64,000 nucleotides of DNA from Trichosphaerium sp. ATCC 40318 (Eukaryota; Protista; Tubulinea): NCBI GenBank assembly GCA_038496445.1, contig JALMLS010000387.1:36627-100626 (forward strand). Reading direction: 5' to 3'. Positions within the stretch are counted from its first letter, which is position 1, and each line of letters starts with the position of its first letter. A model generated the notes under the pieces. It did no database searches and had not been told where the DNA came from. It saw nothing but the letters and a program-made list of their open reading frames with translations. Of the stretch, positions 1 to 12,932 are shown one piece after another. The position numbers and the translations under genes were made by a program.

Positions 1-72
1 AGTAAAACCGCGACGCAGTGAAAGAAAATTCATTGTTGAGGCTTAGTTCCTGTGTTTACTCAGTTGAGTTTA

Positions 73-959
73 TTAAGCATTATTTAACTTAGTCGTTGGA
101 CAAGCATACTTTGAAATTGCAGTCATTTTGTACACTAGATGGTTGTTCGAATCAAAGCTTGTATCGTTTACCCCAAAGTTTTCCAATACTGATTTAACAA
201 AAGTAAGTTAGCGTTGAGTTAAACTGCAATAAGAAACCGTACCTCCAGCACTAGGAAAACAACTTATTGTGACTAACAGTGGTAAGTAAGGAGTATAAAA
301 TATGTATCATACAAGCAACATGACGTAAGCTCAGGGTATCAGGAAGCGTGTAGTACAGTTCAACACCTTTCCCATCATTTAATCCAGTTGTATTTTGTGA
401 AGAGAACATCCCGAGGCAATTCTGTTTTGATAAAAATCTATAAGTGACGTATTGTAATGTGAAGTATGTTACTTGGTTTGAAGGGTTGTCATAGTTCATC
501 CATGATTGGCACGCGCCACATTTTGTCTTACCAACAGTCTAAATAAGTCGTTAGCTTTAGTTCACTTATAATATAGGATAATTAGTGTGCCGAATTTTTG
601 GCTGTTTTTTTTGACAAAAGTTAAGCATATTTGGGCTTCCGGTAATTCCGATAATTACGTGATATAAAGATAACGCACTGTACCACACTGTTCTTCTACG
701 TCGCTACACACAGAAACACGGTATTGGAATAGATCATCCTTATAAGAACGATTAGATGGTTTTACGTGTTAAATAGGAAAAAGAGGGGTGTGAGTACCAC
801 GCAGATGGGACAAAATAAGCTTCCATAGCCTGTAATAATTTTTCCATCGACTGCGCTCAAATCATAGCGAGATCCGTCTGGAGCTACGATGTCGGTACAG
901 TGTTTACTATTTGCGAATAGTACAAACAAACACAAAAGTAAGAAGACGTGTTGTACCAT
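73..959 (-). CDS. Secreted protein with mannose-6-phosphate-receptor-homology (MRH)-like domain, multi-exon
   Basis: Signal peptide MVQHVFLLLCLFVLFA, then DGSRYDLSAV, YRVSVC, CGACQ, CLG, GVELYY and terminal SKYACP, a typical MRH pattern. GT-AG introns; TAA at 73-75. Confidence 0.55.
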
Positions 960-2079
960 GTTAGTGAGTGAAATTGACAATTTATTAAGTTGTGTTTGTG
1001 CTAAGTCATGGGAGGTATTTAATTCCAAAGTCAGTTAGGCCTGCTACGTGAGCTCTATCAACTAAGGCATGCGAAACTGTCATCTATTGATCAGCTATTT
1101 CAAGACAGGTAGTATGTGATAAGGTACCACATATGGCGTTAGGGAGATTGTAACGAAAAGCAATAAGTCAAAGTAAAAGTTGCTTTTTTCACAAAAAGAT
1201 AGGGCCGAGCAGACATCCTCTCCTTAATAACCCACAGAGCGCCCCACTCCATTGACAACGGCGTACACTGGAACACCGGTCAAAGGACACTCGAGACCAA
1301 GGAACTGTACCAGTTCATACCAGTTACTCTTAGTCTAACATGATCCTACATTGATGTTTGTGTTGAGAATCAGGTACGATACCTCGAGGCACTGAATTCT
1401 CTCACCAACTTCAAATCATGGCGTTATTTTCTATTTAGAAAGCTCCAAGAGAACACACACTCCTTTTGCTTTTCATTATCTGAGGAATCCAGAAATCCTT
1501 TTATACATCCAAGTTTATCCACAAAATAAATTGTGGGATAACACAAAGTTGTAGCGTTTGTCACGTTGTTTAGAGGATGGTGATTTTGGATTGAATTGAT
1601 ACGCGTTGAACCGAGATATTGGGGTTATACTGAAAGTGATGATAATGCACATGTAGCAGAGGTAATGCCACCTATCGACATCCAACTTTGGACAGATTTT
1701 GTTAGTTTTCAAGTGAGTAATTTATTAAACATCATCAGACACGCTACAACGCTCAGACGCACTCCTCTAACGTGTGTAAACGGTTTAATTCATATGGATA
1801 TTTTACGGTTACAAACAAATTCAAAAAAATTGATACCGCTCGAATTCCACCTTTGTTTGAACCGGTATTGGTATAAAAAACCGTTTCAATGCGATTGGAA
1901 GTAAAGAAATTGTGTTTGTGGTTGGTTAGGACGAATAAGATTCTACAACCGATAAATAGCGTTTTGACAAGAGAAACATATAGAAACAAGCGTGGAAGTG
2001 ACAATTTCGTTTGAAAAACGAGCTACTGTAAAGATTTAGCGAAATAACTGCAGATCACGTTTTTTAACCAAATTCGAAC

Positions 2080-5000
2080 CAAAATTGTTCGATACGTTGT
2101 AGATCTTGTATTTACACCCTTGTTGATAACGTACCAGTGAATTGAGAGCGATACTCACTCAGGTAAGGTATGTTTACAATCACAACAGCGGAAAATACTG
2201 CTACTTGGTTACTGCGTGCAATTTGTGTTTTATAGAGCGTTTCACAATACGATTGTATTTTTTTTTTTCTCGTACAGTAGCACCACATTTCTTTCAGAGA
2301 TTTTGACACTTATAACGGTATCAACATGTTACATTAACTGCCTTGAACGAATCCACTGAGTATACGGGCTATGCGTGACAGACAATCTTATCTTTCCTGA
2401 ATATATTGGAAGCCACAATTGTTTTTTGTCAAACGCTATTTTTCCAGCATTGTACTTGTATGAGCTAAGTATCACGTGTTTATACCCGAAAAAAGCAAAA
2501 GTAGTCAATCTTTGGTCACATCAACAAGAGAATACATACGTGGCTCCTAGTCCTGCTTTGTACATTGATTACGCACCCACAAACTGTTGACAACCATATA
2601 CGATAATCAGCTCACCCAATGTCGCTATTATTCGTGTTACTTTTCCTTCTCACGATAATACCCAATAACGTTTCGTCTCAAAGTTCATCATTTACATCTA
2701 CGATAGATACAAACACAACTGGCACGTGACTTTTAAATCTTGACTAAAAAGCTAACATTATGCTTAGCTGTTATAAGCCAAGCTTTTGGGGTCTTACCAG
2801 AATCTCCCTCTACTATTCACTTACTTCTGAGATCATACACACCACTTCCTATGAAGTCGTGGAGTAGCTATTGGAATTTCTCAATGGGGAATTTCAGTTA
2901 CGAGGTAAGAGCCAACCGATCAGATCTTGCCATTGGAATAATATCTGCATGTGATATCGTGAAATATGGTACAGACGAATCTGAAGACTTGTTTACAAAC
3001 TATGCTACAACAAGTACAGAATTCTTTAATATTACTATCACAGCCTCATTTAACCAACGTACGTTGTTGACCTTTGATTTTCAAAAACATCAAAAAGCGC
3101 GTGGTCTTTTCTAAACAGAAAGCAAGAAAAAACTGAAAATCAAAAAACGCCCTCTTTATCTTCCTCAGCATCTTTTACAAAGCACATGATTTTCACGTGA
3201 TCAATATAAGACTATGCACAGTTGGCAACATTAATACGTGTTTTTTATGTTTAGTTATGAATGCTGCATTCGACAATTGGTATGAACTCGGTCCGTATCA
3301 ATCAATAAAATACTATCAAGATCCGCCTTCGTCCAATGTACCCAAGTCCAAACTATTTGAATTCCGTGCTCTACACTACTACTACAATAAGGTGGTACAA
3401 TTAAAAATACGATCTCTTGGCGGTGAAGTTGAAGAATGGTCAAAGTACGTGTTTCTTTATAAGTTGCTCCTCCTAAACTGGTATTGTTGCCTCACTAAAA
3501 ATATTTGAATACTTTAACTTGTAAGACACTCACTCTTTATCCAAGCGACTTTAAAGATGTATATGTTGGTCTTTATGATGACTCATGTGATACTACCAAA
3601 GGAGACATGTTTTTGATTAATGAAGGCAATACAGACTCTGCAATTATAAAAACTACAAAATTAATACCGGCCAAAGGAGTCGTCATGAAAAATCACAAAA
3701 AAAAAAAAACTGTCACAAATTTATTAGGAGGTTATTTTCCTGTCCCTGTGAGAAGCAATTCCGTTGCAATTCCTTGTAAAAAACCTTTGGGAGTAAGGGC
3801 TCCGTTTTGACACTTATACAGAATAAAAGCAGATGTGAGGGTGTAGTAAAACCAACCAACAAGAAGTGTCATGTTCCATTTTTTGAACCGCCTATCTGTA
3901 CAATAGGACTTGACCAGCTGGCCAAATTGATCACTATTTCCCTTGGTGTGATCATTTTTATTTTTGAACATACCTTTTATTGCTACTGTCAAATGAACTT
4001 TTGTCATCATGCACACAGTAGAGAGTGGTGGCCAACTTTACGATTTCATTGTTATTTGTTGCAACGGCAACAGTTTTGTCCAATGGTGCCAATCTTGTGT
4101 ATCCCACAGGCACTTTTTTTGCAAGTGATTGCTTCAAGGCCACTGACAGTGGTTGGTATTACATGATACAGTAGCGTCTAAGCCATATTCCCCCGGCTTG
4201 TTGAGATCCATGGCTGAACAAAAATTAGAGTCACATGTAAAAAAATGGCACCTTCCAATTGTTTTCGACCATTTTGCACATGAAAGAAGGACTCATTTGG
4301 TGTGAGATGAGGCTATATCAAAGCATTGATAAAGTCAATCAGATGCCTAGTTCGAATCATCGAGACACTTCAATTCTATGGCCCATGCGTATGGTTTCCT
4401 AGTGTTGTGAGTTTTGATATGGCAATTGAAATATTATGATGGAATACAGATTTCATCAGCACAAGTGAAATAACCTGGTACCATGTGGCGCTTAAAGACA
4501 ATCACTAGAAATGAATGTACCCTGTTAGCATCAAATTTCATGTTGGCAGAGATGTTGAAGTAGTGATTAAGTTGCAACAAACCTGTTTTCCCAGTAAATA
4601 AAATTTATGCTTCACCTGTGCTCCACAATGAGTGAATATTCTGTATTCCAATAATCCCATGCCATATCACTATGCCAGAGAAGTTCGTCATATGGGTAGT
4701 GATCCCATTTTTTAGGTCAGTGTGATGTTGTTCATATGTGCTTGTGAGTAACAAGTTTTCAAAAATCTTATTATGCCACTTGAAGGTGAAAAATGCCATT
4801 GGTGTCTTGGCTTTTCCAATACCAATAATGTTACGTTGCTTTTAAAGTTTAGTCCAAACGTCTAACACGGGATAGTCAACATAGGTAAATCCGTAAGGCT
4901 TCAATGCTGCTGTCAAAATCGGAGCCCAAAGAAATATTAGTTGCCAGTATCGCAGATGTTATGAAGTACATACTGTATGGATTCTCTGTTTGACCGTTTC

Positions 5001-5398
5001 AACACGCGCTCCTTTGGGCGTTTGTCATAATACTTGGAAAAGCCACGGCGTTGTTGCGACATTGGGGAGTTACGTATTCTTTATTGTGAAATCCACAATT
5101 TTTGGGTTTACAAAAGTTGACTTTTTTGATGACGACTCGATGGGCCGGTTATCAGTAGAGGTGATTATATCTATGTTTTTTTCAAGACACTTCCAAGTGA
5201 CTACTGGATAAAGGTCAATCCGAACAAATACGAGATGGTTGTATCTATTATTGACGCTCCAACTGAAGCGGATAAACCGTTTCCATTTCTACTTATAGGT
5301 TTAGTTGTTGGTATTGGAGGTGTTGTATTGATTCTAGCAATTGCTTTGGTTGGATTCATCATTTATAAGAGACGTAGGAAGTATCGTTCTGTTCAGTA
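2080..5398 (+). pseudogene. Degenerate multi-exon type-I membrane protein gene, interrupted by a piggyBac relic
   Basis: Last exon (~5213-5398) encodes LLIGLVVGIGGVVLILAIALVGFIIY-KRRRKYRSVQ* (TM, basic stop-transfer, YxxPhi). Upstream exon-like segments contain in-frame stops. 5' boundary approximate. Confidence 0.4.
3661..4845 (-). mobile_element. Degenerate piggyBac-family transposase relic
   Basis: Minus-strand fragments TPMAFF..IFENL, GIVIWHGIIGIQNIHSLWS, PGYFTCADE, KTHNTRKPYAWAI, TCDSNF and TKGNSDQFGQLVKSYCTDRRFKKW..AFILYK follow the piggyBac motif order. Multiple stops and frameshifts. TTAA at 3661 and 4842; no TIR recognised. Confidence 0.75.
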
Positions 5399-6109
5399 AC
5401 TAAGCTTGTTTTCATTTGAAATAAACAAAAGTGTAGTTTGAAGTTTCTGTTACAACTAGGTATTTGTAGGACCTGAGGTCAAATTATGTGACAAAAATTA
5501 TGAGGAATTGAAAAAGATAATCGTTAATCCCATTTTTTGGATTTGAGAAAAAAGATGATGTAGATAATCACGTTTTTTTGTTTGTATTTGTTCATCACTA
5601 TGAGCACTCAGTGCATTGTAACAAATTATTTAATTCACTTGATCCGTATTATCAAATATGAGTCATGGATAACGATGGACTAAAAATGGGAGTATCGACA
5701 ATCTTTTTTGTCGATAATCCTGTTCAAATCAGCCATAGTTTGAGCTGTTTCCACGCTTTGATGGATACGAACATAAAGAAAGGCATTGTTTATAAGTAAA
5801 GCACTAGGGTAAACAGTAAACTATCTAACCATATGTGTATAGTTTAGCTTTACCCACACCATTTTTCTGAATGTTTATCAATAGTTTACCAGCTTGTTCA
5901 TGTCAGTTACAAGTCATTTCATTAACATATGTACCCCTTGAGTCTGAGACTCGCGTCAGATGCTGTCCAGGCTCTAGCAGGTTTTAAGACTCGTTCATTT
6001 CCATTGAGCCTAGTTGAGGGGTTGATGGTGATTGCTAATGCTTAGGTGAGATTAAGCCAATCTTAGAAAGTCCAGCTGTATAACTTACATCATGAGCTTC
6101 TCTGGCTTA

Positions 6110-6385
6110 AATTTGGCTATATTCATACTGTTAGTCTTTCTGGGTGTAAATGCATAACATGCTCAGGAATCAAAGCACTCAAGGATGTTCATACCATCAA
6201 TCTTTCTCAAACTAGAGTTACAGATGAGAGTGTAATAAGGCGTTCACTCAATTTACCTTTATGGAACTTTTGTTACGGATGAGGGTAAAGTGCTAGTAGA
6301 TGCTCACACCGTTGGGGTTGATAGATGCTTAAAAGTGACAAATTGAATGTATTAAATTACTCAAAGCCTCATTTGTTACTGTAAA
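6110..6385 (+). pseudogene. Fragment of the GVHTI-type leucine-rich-repeat family
   Basis: GYIHTVSLSGCKCITCSGIKALKDVHTINLSQTRVTDE, followed by frameshifted repeats. Confidence 0.65.
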
Positions 6386-7073
6386 ATAAACAAGTATTGC
6401 CCAAAAATCTGTAGCAAATAATTATCCTACCTAAACAGTATTTGGCGGATTCGTCACGTGTCTAACAGTGCATTCTTAAGCTTAAGTCAAACTGTAACTA
6501 TTCACCTTACTATTGATATCAAGTACCAACATTCCAGGGACACTCAAGGTCATATGCTCGCTTGAGCTTCTCATTATTAAAAAAACAGCGAGATTACTCA
6601 TGTAGCAGGTTCTTGTGCTGGATTTAGCGAGATATAGTATACCATCACGTGATAAGCAAAGCGATGCAGTGTATGTGAAGTTCCTTGGAAACCTTTATGG
6701 CTCTTTTTGACAAGGGCACGGAAACGTAAGTTCTAGTCATCAACTTGTTTGGGAAAAAAAAAAAAGTAAAAAATTTGTGACTCACGGTTTTCCCAAAAGG
6801 TTAAGGCGAAAGAAGCAATTATAGCAATAGTAATTACCTTTCTCCCTTTTTTTTAAAGAAGTACTCATTTAATGTTCAGCCAACAAATCGTGTAATTGTT
6901 ATTTTCTTGGTTAGAATAATCAAAAGTTTTGTTTTTGTTTGTTCTAGAAATGTACCACGTGGTTGCCAGGGACATACAAAGCAATGTTCTGAAAATATTA
7001 TTATCATAACAACATGCCTTAAAAAGAAATCTCCCGAACAATTGGCCCGCTAGTTTACCTTTAACTTCTCAAA

Positions 7074-8210
7074 ATGTTCAACACCTCCACTCTTTGTTGG
7101 CTCTTGTTGGCATGCCTTACACTTTGTTTAGCCCAAGGAAACGTAACATGTACTGGATGCGATACACTCGGTCTCAGTGGCACTCTACTAGTAGTTGGAA
7201 AGGTAGCAAACTCTTTGAGCTTCATAGACATGTCAACCGGCACAAACACGGGTCCAAATGGTAACATTACAGTGACAGACGAACCCCACGAAGTCTCTGT
7301 CTCCAGGAATGGTAAACTCGCTGTTGTTGGTAACTACCGTTCTATTCCATCTTTCCTCACCGTTGTCGATGTCAGGAGACAAACGATTAGAAGGATTATC
7401 GATATTTTCCCAAACCAAGCACCTCATGGTGTTGAACTTATCTCTGGCAATAAGTTTATTATCACGTGTGAGGAAAGTGATAGTATTCTCATTATTAATG
7501 CAAGGCGTGGTAGAATCCTTCATACAATTGACACGAACGGGGCTAGAACACATTTAGTGAAGGTAGCTAATCGACGTTTTGCAATTGCTACAAGCAAGTT
7601 TGACAATAATACTATCAGCCTTGATCTCCGAAGGAAAAAGGTTGTTGATTACTTGGCTACTGGCGCTTTTTCAGAGGCGATAGATATCTCCAAAAAGGGT
7701 TTGGAAGTACGCTGAACTGAAAAAAAAAAAAAGAAAAAAAAAGTTGTAGTTGACTTCACTCGCTTATTCGTGTTTTAGGGCAGCTTCCCTAGAACTTTTG
7801 GTGGCGTACCTGTTTGGATAGGTAATAGAGAAGATCAGCTACGCATCCTAGACCTTGACACAGACCTTAAATTGAGTCAAACCGATCTAATCGACTCTGA
7901 TCTTACGCTCCCTATCCGCATCAAGATTGTTATCAATGAAGCATCAACACGTGCCAACAACGAAGAAGTTTGGGTTACCCAACCACGATCTGGTGGTGTA
8001 AGAGTTTACGATTCTGAGGCGCCTTATGATCTCATCGCTGTTATCGCAACTGGACCACGACCAATCGGTATTTTGGACATTGACTTCGAGTACATTTTAG
8101 TAGCTAACTCGATTGGTGGGACAATATCTGTTATTGATGTCGCTACCAAAGCAGTTGTAGCCACTCTATCTGGTTTTAGTGACCCTGACGGATTAGCATA
8201 CATTCCTTGA
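7074..8210 (+). CDS. Secreted YVTN/YncE-like beta-propeller protein (2 exons)
   Basis: Signal peptide; repeats such as EPHEVSVS..G..AVVGN, APHGVELI and TGPRPIGI..ILVANSIGGTISVID. One intron (~7707-7778) joins GLE to GSFPRTFGGVPVWIGN. Confidence 0.8.
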
Positions 8211-8390
8211 AGTTAATACGAAATATGTAGCATCAAAAACATTTCATTTACGTAAAAGTGTCATTTGTACTTTTTTCAAAACATCCAGTCTTCCTCAAGC
8301 ACATCCCTTTGATGGGCGTTCAATAAGTTGTATTACCTTTAATTTTATTCGTATTATTGTTTTGACTGCTGTTTGTTCATGTACATAAGT

Positions 8391-9121
8391 TCACTTCAAG
8401 TAGTGCCTAGTTTTGTAGTACTTATATTTCGCAAATCTGTCTATCATTCGCTTACCAGTCATTATCTCGCCACTAAAACTAATTCTCTTTATATTCTTAA
8501 AAGCCCTTATACCGTCTTTTGTGATATTAGAACTTCTTGAAAGACCAAGAGATTCTACACTTGCAAGAGACTTATATCCTTCATCAGTAATCAAGCCACA
8601 TCCATGTACATCAACTCTTAACAACCAAGAAGAAACTGCCTTTATGCCAACATCAGAGACTGCTGTATACCTGACACTAAGCAGTCTTACACCTGCTAAA
8701 GGAATTATACCTTTATCAGTAACTTGAGTATCGTTCAGCCTTATATTAAAAACACCAGCAAGAGCTTGAATGCCCTCATCTGTAATCAATTGACAACTAT
8801 CAAGACTTATTGTATGTACACCTGATAGTGCCTTTAGACCCGTGTCTGTAACATCAGTACGATCAAGACAAATAGCATGAACACCAGCGAGTGCTGTGAT
8901 ACATCATTTGCAGTTTGCATCGTTATCTTTGTGTTTTTCAAAATAGCCTTGTATTTTTTTACAGTATTGACATCAGAAGGCTTAATTGTAGCTTTATCAT
9001 AACCCACAACATTATGTATTATGTCAGCGAGAAGCTTACACACTTGTGAAGCAATATATCGTTCTGTACCAATAAACAGTAGTATATGCGCCAATATCTC
9101 AGGTGGTAGGCTTAGCATCAT
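8391..9121 (-). pseudogene. F-box + LRR protein with a single-base frameshift
   Basis: F-box LSLPPEILAHIL. The frame shifts near 8903 into CITALAGVHAICLDRTDVTDTGLKALSGVHTI repeats that continue into ORF 8391-8789. Confidence 0.7.
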
Positions 9122-9355
9122 TCGATGTCAAAAAGTAATAAGTAAGATCTCCTTAGAAGTCAACAGACTTCTGGGGCTTGAGACGGTCGATGACGAGGCA
9201 GAAATTCGAGTTGAGTGTGAGATTTTCGGGTGGTTACTATTACAATCGGAGTATCACGTGCTTTGATTTTTCCCAAAGCGCACATTCGACACAACTGTTT
9301 TCAACAAAAGTCTTTTTATCCTTTTTTGTGTGCACTCTAACCCGATTTACCCACT

Positions 9356-11003
9356 ATGGCAGCAAGAGTAAACAAGCAAATATTACTTACATCGTACGCA
9401 GAGCGTGAACCAAAAGCAACAAACTTCAAATATGTTGAAGTGGTAAGAAAGCGTATCAACTAGCGATTTAACGGTGTTTATAGCCTGTAGAGGAGGTTGC
9501 AGATGGCAAGGTGCTTGTCAAGGTCTTGTATCTTTCATTAGACCCTTATATGCGTATTAAAATGATAGATTTCGGCGGTAAACGCGACGGCTACTTCTAG
9601 TACGCGTTTTAAACACACTTTTCACCTTTTCTATAGTTTCTCCGTTAATCCTAAAAATTCTTCCTTAGCTCTCATCCTTTGAATACACCTATGCTTGGTC
9701 AGGGTATAGGACAAGTTATAGAGTCGAAAAATGAAGCCTTTCCTAAAGGAATACTTGTTGTAGGCGGTTTTGGGTACGATTCTGTAATTACATTTTTTTT
9801 TTTTGAAGTTCAAAAAGTGGGACCTCTGTAACACGTGCTAGATGGCAAATGTACGCTATTTCAGATGGATCAGGTTTATACGCTGTAGATGACTCCAAAG
9901 TACCTGCGTCAGCGTTCATTGGAGTGCTGGGTGCATATTTCTGGGTTTTTTCAAGTTTTTTGGGTCTTTTTTGTTCTGACTTAACGTGTTAGGTCTTACT
10001 GGGTTTTCTGCATGGGTAGGTATGAAGTTTATTGGCGAGCCAAAAGAGGGCGAGACTTTAGTTGTTTCTGGCGGCGCTGGAGCTGTAGGAAGCGTTGTAG
10101 GTCAGCTCGGAAAAATTAAAGGTAACGATCTTTGTTTCTTTTTTTTGGATTGTGTTACTTCTAAGCACGTGATTTGATAGGATGTCGTGTTATTGGTATT
10201 GCTGGAGGCGATGAAAAGGTTAAATGGATGAAAGAAGTAGCTGGTTTCGATGAAGGCATGTTATTTAATGTTTTTTTTATTTTTTTTTATTTCACGTTGG
10301 ATTTCCCACGTGATACTTTGTCGGCAAAGACCTGTGTGGGTTTATTTTGTATTTCTTAATCGGCAACGCCTCTTATCAAACGAGGAACACTACCTTTGTT
10401 TCTTTAAAAAGAGCTTGATAGCTATCATTGATAGCTTTTTTACATTCGAAATACACTAACAAGCTCAAGGTATCAACTACAAGACCACTAAAAACTTAGC
10501 TGCAGCTATTAAAGAGCATGCACCAAAGGGAGTAGATATTTACTTTGATAACGTTGGAGGTATGTCAATACTATAAAGGAAAACAAAGACCAGAAACTAA
10601 TCGTTCACAAGGTGAAACTCTTGAGATAATGTTAGATCAAATGAACATGCTTGGTAGGATAGTTGCATGTGGTCAAATATCCCAGTACAACAAACCTCGT
10701 ACTGAGAGTTATGGCGTCAAGAATACAATGAATATTGTTACCAAGGAACTGACATTCAAAGGTTTCTTGGCAGGTAGATACTACAAAGATCACCTTGGAA
10801 GTTTCATAAAGGTAAGTTAATCTTTGAAAACTGTTTTTTTGACATTGGTTTCTTAGCAAGCGTCTACGTGGATGGCAGAAGGAAAGCTTACGCATAAGGA
10901 AACTGTTGTAGATGGTATAGAGAATGCACCAGAAGCTTTTCAAAGATTATTTGAAGGAAACAAGTTCGGTAAACTTGTAATTAACATTTCTCAGAAAGAA
11001 TAA
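9356..11003 (+). CDS. NADP-dependent oxidoreductase, prostaglandin reductase 1/LTB4DH family, multi-exon
   Basis: LYLSLDPYMR, GVLG-LTG..AW, VVSGGAGAVGSVVGQ, IAGGDEK, GVDIYFDNVGG, CGQISQYN, GIENAPEAF..LFEG..FGKLV. Confidence 0.9.
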
Positions 11004-11214
11004 AAATGCACATTTCCGTTCTTCGCTTGTCTTGCTTACATTGCCGAAAAGATTCAGTATTAACTGCAACTATACTAGTTCACTCCTCCAACAGTTAAGT
11101 GGCAAAGGAGTCAAGAGAGGAATCACAAGGTAGTTATCAACATTGGTTACACTCAAAACAATAAGGATAAGTATAGCTTGGGGTGCAATTGCACAGATTT
11201 ATTCATAGATAATT

Positions 11215-11984
11215 CTATGGGCATGTGACTGAGGCGCATTGCATTCGCCATATTCTGTCTCCCAAAGGTCCAGGCATACTAGATGAAAATATCAGCTTAA
11301 TCAAACGAGCTTCCTTCTGTGTAACGTACCCCCAGATTGTTTGAAATCCAGTAACAAACGGTGTAGCTGCAGGACATACGACGTCGCCTGTACCATAGAA
11401 TCCTGGAGTTATGTCAAACATTGCTAGAGTGAAGTTAGCTAGACGTGGTCTAAAAGAGATAGCATACAGATCCATGTTCTTCCAGTTGTGCTGCATGCAG
11501 TTGTTGCACGCCTCCTGAAAGTTAAACATGAGAATCTCAATAAAAGTAACTATTAATGGTACCTGCATCTGAATGTGAAGGTTCTGTCATTACCTACCCA
11601 CGTCCCACCAATTATATCTAGTGTTGTTGGTTAACCCTAAAAGACAACATTACTTTAGTACCATCAATGGCATGACCGTCAGGGCAAGTGAAGAGAAAGT
11701 TATTGGTTAAAACAGAGGTAAAAGATAATGAAGGTCCTGAAAACACAACTCCATTTTCAAGCATCTCCAAGCGAAGCGCCTTGGTTGCCCAAGAGTATAC
11801 GTCCTAGCGCCAGCCATAGCACCAATAGGACATGTACGCTGCCAGGCAAAAAGCGCTGGTGTTGTTAGACCTGGTGCGAAGTAAACTATAGCGTAAGTGG
11901 TCCTTTGAGAACAGTTATAGGGCGAAATCAACTTTGGACTTACGAAACGCAAACAAGAAGAGAAAGTACGTTGATGAGGTGCAT
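11215..11984 (-). CDS. Secreted dermatopontin-like Cys-repeat protein, with an apparent 1-nt frameshift near 11758
   Basis: Signal peptide MHLINVLSLLVCVSTTYA. Repeats TCPIGAMAG..RRFAWRC, FLFTCPDGHAIDG and VCP..FVTG..DRIWRMQC. Confidence 0.45.
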
Positions 11985-12932
11985 TTCTCGCAATAAATTG
12001 TCGTTATTGTTTTAAAACCACGTGATGTTCACGTGAATTCGCTAACCGTTTGTTAATCTTGCCAACAAAATGAATAACCAGTGTTTGGCATGCCACAGCT
12101 ATTTCAACCGTTTGTGGCTTTTCATTGAAGTGGCATAATATAAAGACATCAACTTGCTTCTTGGCTATAAAACCTAAGTTCAAGAAGTTACAGTACTGAG
12201 GTACAAATAGATGTGGTTTTGAAGAATTCGTTAAATTCCAAGTCAAGGCGACAAACCAAAAGGCAAATTTGGTTTCGGTTTCGGCATCTCACTCTGGTTC
12301 CTTTTCTTCCTCATCATCTTCAGGCGATGGAAAGAAGAAAAATTCAGGCGGCTTTGGATTCGGTCTGAAAGGAAGTGCCAAAAGGTTAGAGCCCAAAGTT
12401 GGCGGAGACGTCAAGGTCCACATACCAATCTGACAACTTGAAAATAAATAGCGCAGATTGTTTTCACAACAAATAGACATGGTATACAAAAAAGTTCTGC
12501 AAGAAACTATGACTGGTATCACCATGATCAACTATTGTAAACGTTGACAGATAAGATATAGGTGGGGTTCATACCGACGCCACAACGTCGTTGTGCTTGG
12601 ACATATAAAAAGTCACAAGCAATATGGCATTTTAGTTTGTTTCTCTTCCAAAAACATAAGCTTGGTTATGCTAAGTTCGCATAAAATTATGAGTTTTCTT
12701 AGTGACGATTTGGTCGGCAACGTCCTGTAAAACCGCCAATTACGTACCATTTCTTAGTACAACAAAAGAGTGTAAGTGATTGTATGCGTAGAAAACTCAA
12801 AATTTTATACCCGTCAAAACCTGTCCCGTTTTAAATGAAACCCGACATGTTCTCTTAGTGTAGTGTACACAGTCGACTGTATCTGTTTACCCTGCTTGAC
12901 TTTGTGGTTTGACTGGTTTGTTTTGTACATAC

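Noticed and set aside
1134-1960. Exon-like fragments as an intact gene (similar cases at 12.2-12.4, 20.8-21.3 and 22.8-23.3 kb)
   Set aside because: In-frame stops or frameshifts and no recognisable family, so no model could be supported.
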